Assembly: GCF_000009605.1 (NCBI RefSeq)
Contig: NC_002528.1
Span: 240,001 to 272,000, forward strand
Source of the DNA: Buchnera aphidicola str. APS (Acyrthosiphon pisum)
Lineage (GTDB): Bacteria; Pseudomonadota; Gammaproteobacteria; Enterobacterales; Enterobacteriaceae
Direction: 5' to 3'
Length of the DNA stretch: 32,000 nt
A program made the translations under genes and the position numbers. Positions 29,682 to 32,000 of this stretch are shown one piece after another. The first letter of the stretch is position 1; each line of letters starts with the position of its first letter. Under the pieces are notes generated by a model. The model saw only the letters and a list, made by a program, of their open reading frames with translations, did no database searches and was not told the origin of the DNA.

Positions 29682-31764
29682 TTTTTCTTCTCTTTTACGT
29701 ATTGTAAAAAGTTTAAAAACAACTCAATGGCAAATACTTGCTGGTCCAATACTTATTTTAATGATCTTATCAATGATGGTTTTACCATTAGCCCCCTTTG
29801 TTTTAGATGTTTTTTTTACTTTTAACATTGCTTTGTCAATAATAATTTTACTTGTTTCTATGTTTACGCGTCATACTTTAGAGTTCACTGCTTTTCCAAC
29901 AATTTTGCTTTTTTCTACATTGTTGCGTTTAGCTTTAAATGTGGCTTCTACTCGTGTTATTTTTTTAAGAGGTCACACAGGCACCAATTCAGCAGGAAGA
30001 GTAATTGAATCGTTTGGTCATTTTTTAGTAGGTGGTAATTTTGCTATTGGAATAGTGGTATTTATAATCTTAGTTATTATTAATTTTATTGTTATTACAA
30101 AAGGTGCTAGCAGAATCGCGGAAGTTGGTGCTCGATTTATATTAGATGCTATGCCAGGGAAACAAATGGCAATAGATGCAGATTTAAATGCAGGTTTGAT
30201 TGGGGAAGAAAAAGCTAAAAAACGTCGTATAAAAATTACACAAGAAGCTGATTTTTACGGTTCTATGGATGGTGCTAGTAAGTTTGTACGTGGAGATGCA
30301 ATTGCTGGCATTTTAATAATGGTCATTAATATTTTTGGAGGTTTAATTATTGGCTTAATACAACATCATATGTTCTTAAACAAGGCAGTAGAAGTCTATA
30401 CTTTATTAACTATCGGAGATGGTTTAGTTGCTCAAATTCCAGCTTTAGTTATTTCTACTGCAGCAGGTGTGATTGTAACACGTGTAAGTAGCAATCAAAA
30501 CGTTGGAGAACAAATGGCAAGTCAATTATTTTATAATCCTCAAGTTATTTTATTAAGTGCGATAGTATTAGGAGTTCTTGGTTTAGTTCCAGGAATGCCA
30601 AATATTATCTTTTTAGTATTTACAGTTTTATTATTTATTCTTTCTTGGTGGTTGTATGAAAAAAAATATGATCTAGAAAATGATTTTATAAAATCTAATA
30701 AAAAATATAAATTTATACATGATGCCATCTCAGAAGCATCTTGGAATGATGTTGAATTAGAAGATCCAATTCGAATAGAAATAGGTTACAAGTTAACACC
30801 AATGACTGATATTAATAAAAAAGGTGACTTATTAGATAGAATTCGTATAGTTCGTAAAAAAGTTGCTCAAGAAATTGGTTTTTTACCTCCATTAGTACGT
30901 ATTAAAAACAATATGCATTTATCTGGAAATTCTTATCGTATTTTTATTAAAGGTGTTGAAGTAGGTCAAGGAAAGTGTTTTTATGGACGTTTTATGGCGA
31001 TTCATTCAGGCCGTGAAACAGAATCTTTGCCTTTTGAAAAAGTATATGAACCTACTTTTGGTTTATCTGGCTATTGGATTGATGAAGAATTTAAAAATAA
31101 AGCTCAAAAAAAGGGTTATTCTGTTATAGAATCTAGCGTTGTACTTTCAACACATTTAAATTTTTTAATTACTAATCATATTGATGATTTATTTGGTCGT
31201 CAAGAAGCTCAACAATTGTTAGAACGCGTTACGATAGACCATCCAAAATTAACTGAAGATTTAATTCCAAATACAATTAATTTAACCATTTTTCATAAAA
31301 TTCTTAGAAATTTATTATTAGAACATGTTCCAATACGTGATATGAGAACTATTTTAGAAACATTATCTGAACATGCGGATACTCAAAAAGATCCTAATGA
31401 ATTAACTAGTATCGTGCGTATTGCATTAAGAAAAATTATTATACAAAAATTATTTAATCAAAACAATATTATCGAAATAATAGGACTAGAACCTAATTTA
31501 GAACGATTATTACTAAATAGTTTAAAATCTGGAACTGATACTATAGAACCTAATTTATCTGAAAATTTGTTAATACAAACAAAAGAAGCGATCAAAAAAC
31601 AATTGTTAATAGGTTCTCCTCTAGTGTTATTAGTCCGTCATTCTTTACGATATTTTTTATCAAAATTTTTACGTCAAAATTTTCCAGAACTAACTGTTTT
31701 GTCTCAATTTGAGATTATAGATGTAAAAGAAATAAAAATGACTAATATTATTGGTACTTCATGA
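29665..31764 (+). CDS. flhA: flagellar type III export gate protein FlhA
   Basis: 699-aa ORF. TQWQILAGPILILMILSMMVLPL, GARFILDAMPGKQMAIDADLNAGLIGEE and LLTIGDGLVAQIPALVISTAAGVIVTRVS are near-identical to E. coli FlhA. The start overlaps flhB by 17 nt. Confidence 0.97.
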   Translation: MKLMINFSSLLRIVKSLKTTQWQILAGPILILMILSMMVLPLAPFVLDVFFTFNIALSIIILLVSMFTRHTLEFTAFPTILLFSTLLRLALNVASTRVIFLRGHTGTNSAGRVIESFGHFLVGGNFAIGIVVFIILVIINFIVITKGASRIAEVGARFILDAMPGKQMAIDADLNAGLIGEEKAKKRRIKITQEADFYGSMDGASKFVRGDAIAGILIMVINIFGGLIIGLIQHHMFLNKAVEVYTLLTIGDGLVAQIPALVISTAAGVIVTRVSSNQNVGEQMASQLFYNPQVILLSAIVLGVLGLVPGMPNIIFLVFTVLLFILSWWLYEKKYDLENDFIKSNKKYKFIHDAISEASWNDVELEDPIRIEIGYKLTPMTDINKKGDLLDRIRIVRKKVAQEIGFLPPLVRIKNNMHLSGNSYRIFIKGVEVGQGKCFYGRFMAIHSGRETESLPFEKVYEPTFGLSGYWIDEEFKNKAQKKGYSVIESSVVLSTHLNFLITNHIDDLFGRQEAQQLLERVTIDHPKLTEDLIPNTINLTIFHKILRNLLLEHVPIRDMRTILETLSEHADTQKDPNELTSIVRIALRKIIIQKLFNQNNIIEIIGLEPNLERLLLNSLKSGTDTIEPNLSENLLIQTKEAIKKQLLIGSPLVLLVRHSLRYFLSKFLRQNFPELTVLSQFEIIDVKEIKMTNIIGTS

Positions 31765-31794
31765 TAGATAAAATTAGTTTTTTGTATACAGATT

Positions 31795-31855
31795 GGTGCG
31801 GTGATAAGTAGTACCATGTTAGTGCTACATTATTTCCTCACCTTGCTGGTTTTTT
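31795..31855 (+). other. GC-enriched structured spacer downstream of flhA: nested hairpins followed by a T-run (possible terminator or small RNA)
   Basis: The inner stem is GTAGTAC (31808-31814) / GTGCTAC (31822-31828), 7 bp including one G-U pair, with a 7-nt loop. The outer stem is GGTGA (31800-31804) / TCACC (31838-31842). TTGCTGG and T6 (31850-31855) follow. 31791-31860 is about 41% G+C, against roughly 10-15% in other spacers here. Confidence 0.3.
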
Positions 31856-31887
31856 AGGACAAATAGATGTCATATAAATTAATATTT

Positions 31888-32000
31888 TTACATTTTTTTT
31901 ACTACTCTAATACCAAGCATATTAAGTCCTTTTTTTAATGTTTTAGCTGTTAAAATAGATAATTTAAGTCTACTTTTACAAGTTTTTATTTTTTTGGGAA
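31888..32000 (-). CDS. argS: arginine--tRNA ligase, 3' end only (last ~36 codons; the rest lies beyond the window)
   Basis: Reverse translation gives ...PKKIKTCKSRLKLSILTAKTLKKGLNMLGIRVVKKM* (stop TAA 31888-31890). The ...L..GL.(L/M)LGI....M* ending resembles the ArgRS C-terminus as recalled. argS is convergent with the flhA operon in E. coli. The fragment is short, so the call is tentative. Confidence 0.55.
   Translation of the reverse strand, partial: PKKIKTCKSRLKLSILTAKTLKKGLNMLGIRVVKKM

Noticed and set aside
31785-31860. A tRNA gene in the GC-richer flhA-argS spacer.
   Set aside because: There is no T-arm (GTTC-like) motif and no 7-bp acceptor pairing between the ends. The 7-nt loop of the central hairpin (CATGTTA, or TAACATG on the other strand) lacks the U33 and purine-37 pattern on either strand.
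1-32000. A search for CRISPR arrays, IS or transposase genes, integrases, prophage genes, toxin-antitoxin or defence-system-like gene clusters, and rRNA or tRNA genes.
   Set aside because: Every ORF of 150 aa or more is accounted for by a conserved housekeeping gene in E. coli-like synteny. Spacers are short (339 nt or less) and lack direct-repeat arrays. I found nothing resembling a mobile or defence module.

Overview
Very AT-rich, tightly packed gamma-proteobacterial DNA. Gene content and order match a reduced aphid endosymbiont of the Buchnera aphidicola type, with E. coli-like synteny blocks from which regulators and envelope genes have been deleted. Minus strand: murD (partial), mraY, murF, murE, ftsI, ftsL, rsmH, ilvH, ilvI, apbE. 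Then degP (+), dapD and map (-), rpsB, tsf, pyrH, frr, dxr, uppS, bamA, dnaE (+), proS (-), flhB and flhA (+), and the 3' end of argS (-). I saw no rRNA, tRNA, CRISPR array, IS or phage element, and no recognisable novel multi-gene system. The unusual content is gene erosion that a plain ORF track hides. (1) ftsL is interrupted by an 18-nt poly(A) run, and its conserved C-terminal segment continues out of frame; one extra A restores it. (2) apbE is split at a 10-nt poly(A) run. Its 144-codon C-terminal half has no ATG, so it is absent from the ORF track; again one extra A restores a full-length protein of about 352 aa. (3) The bamA ORF keeps all five POTRA domains but only about the first third of the beta-barrel. 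It then runs in frame into the last ~76 codons of fabZ, which marks a deletion of skp, lpxD and the 5' half of fabZ; lpxA, lpxB and rnhB are also gone. Smaller observations are an NPIH variant of the FlhB autocleavage motif, a GC-enriched structured spacer between flhA and argS, and a single strong GC-stem intrinsic terminator after degP. All E. coli comparisons are from memory and no database search was possible.
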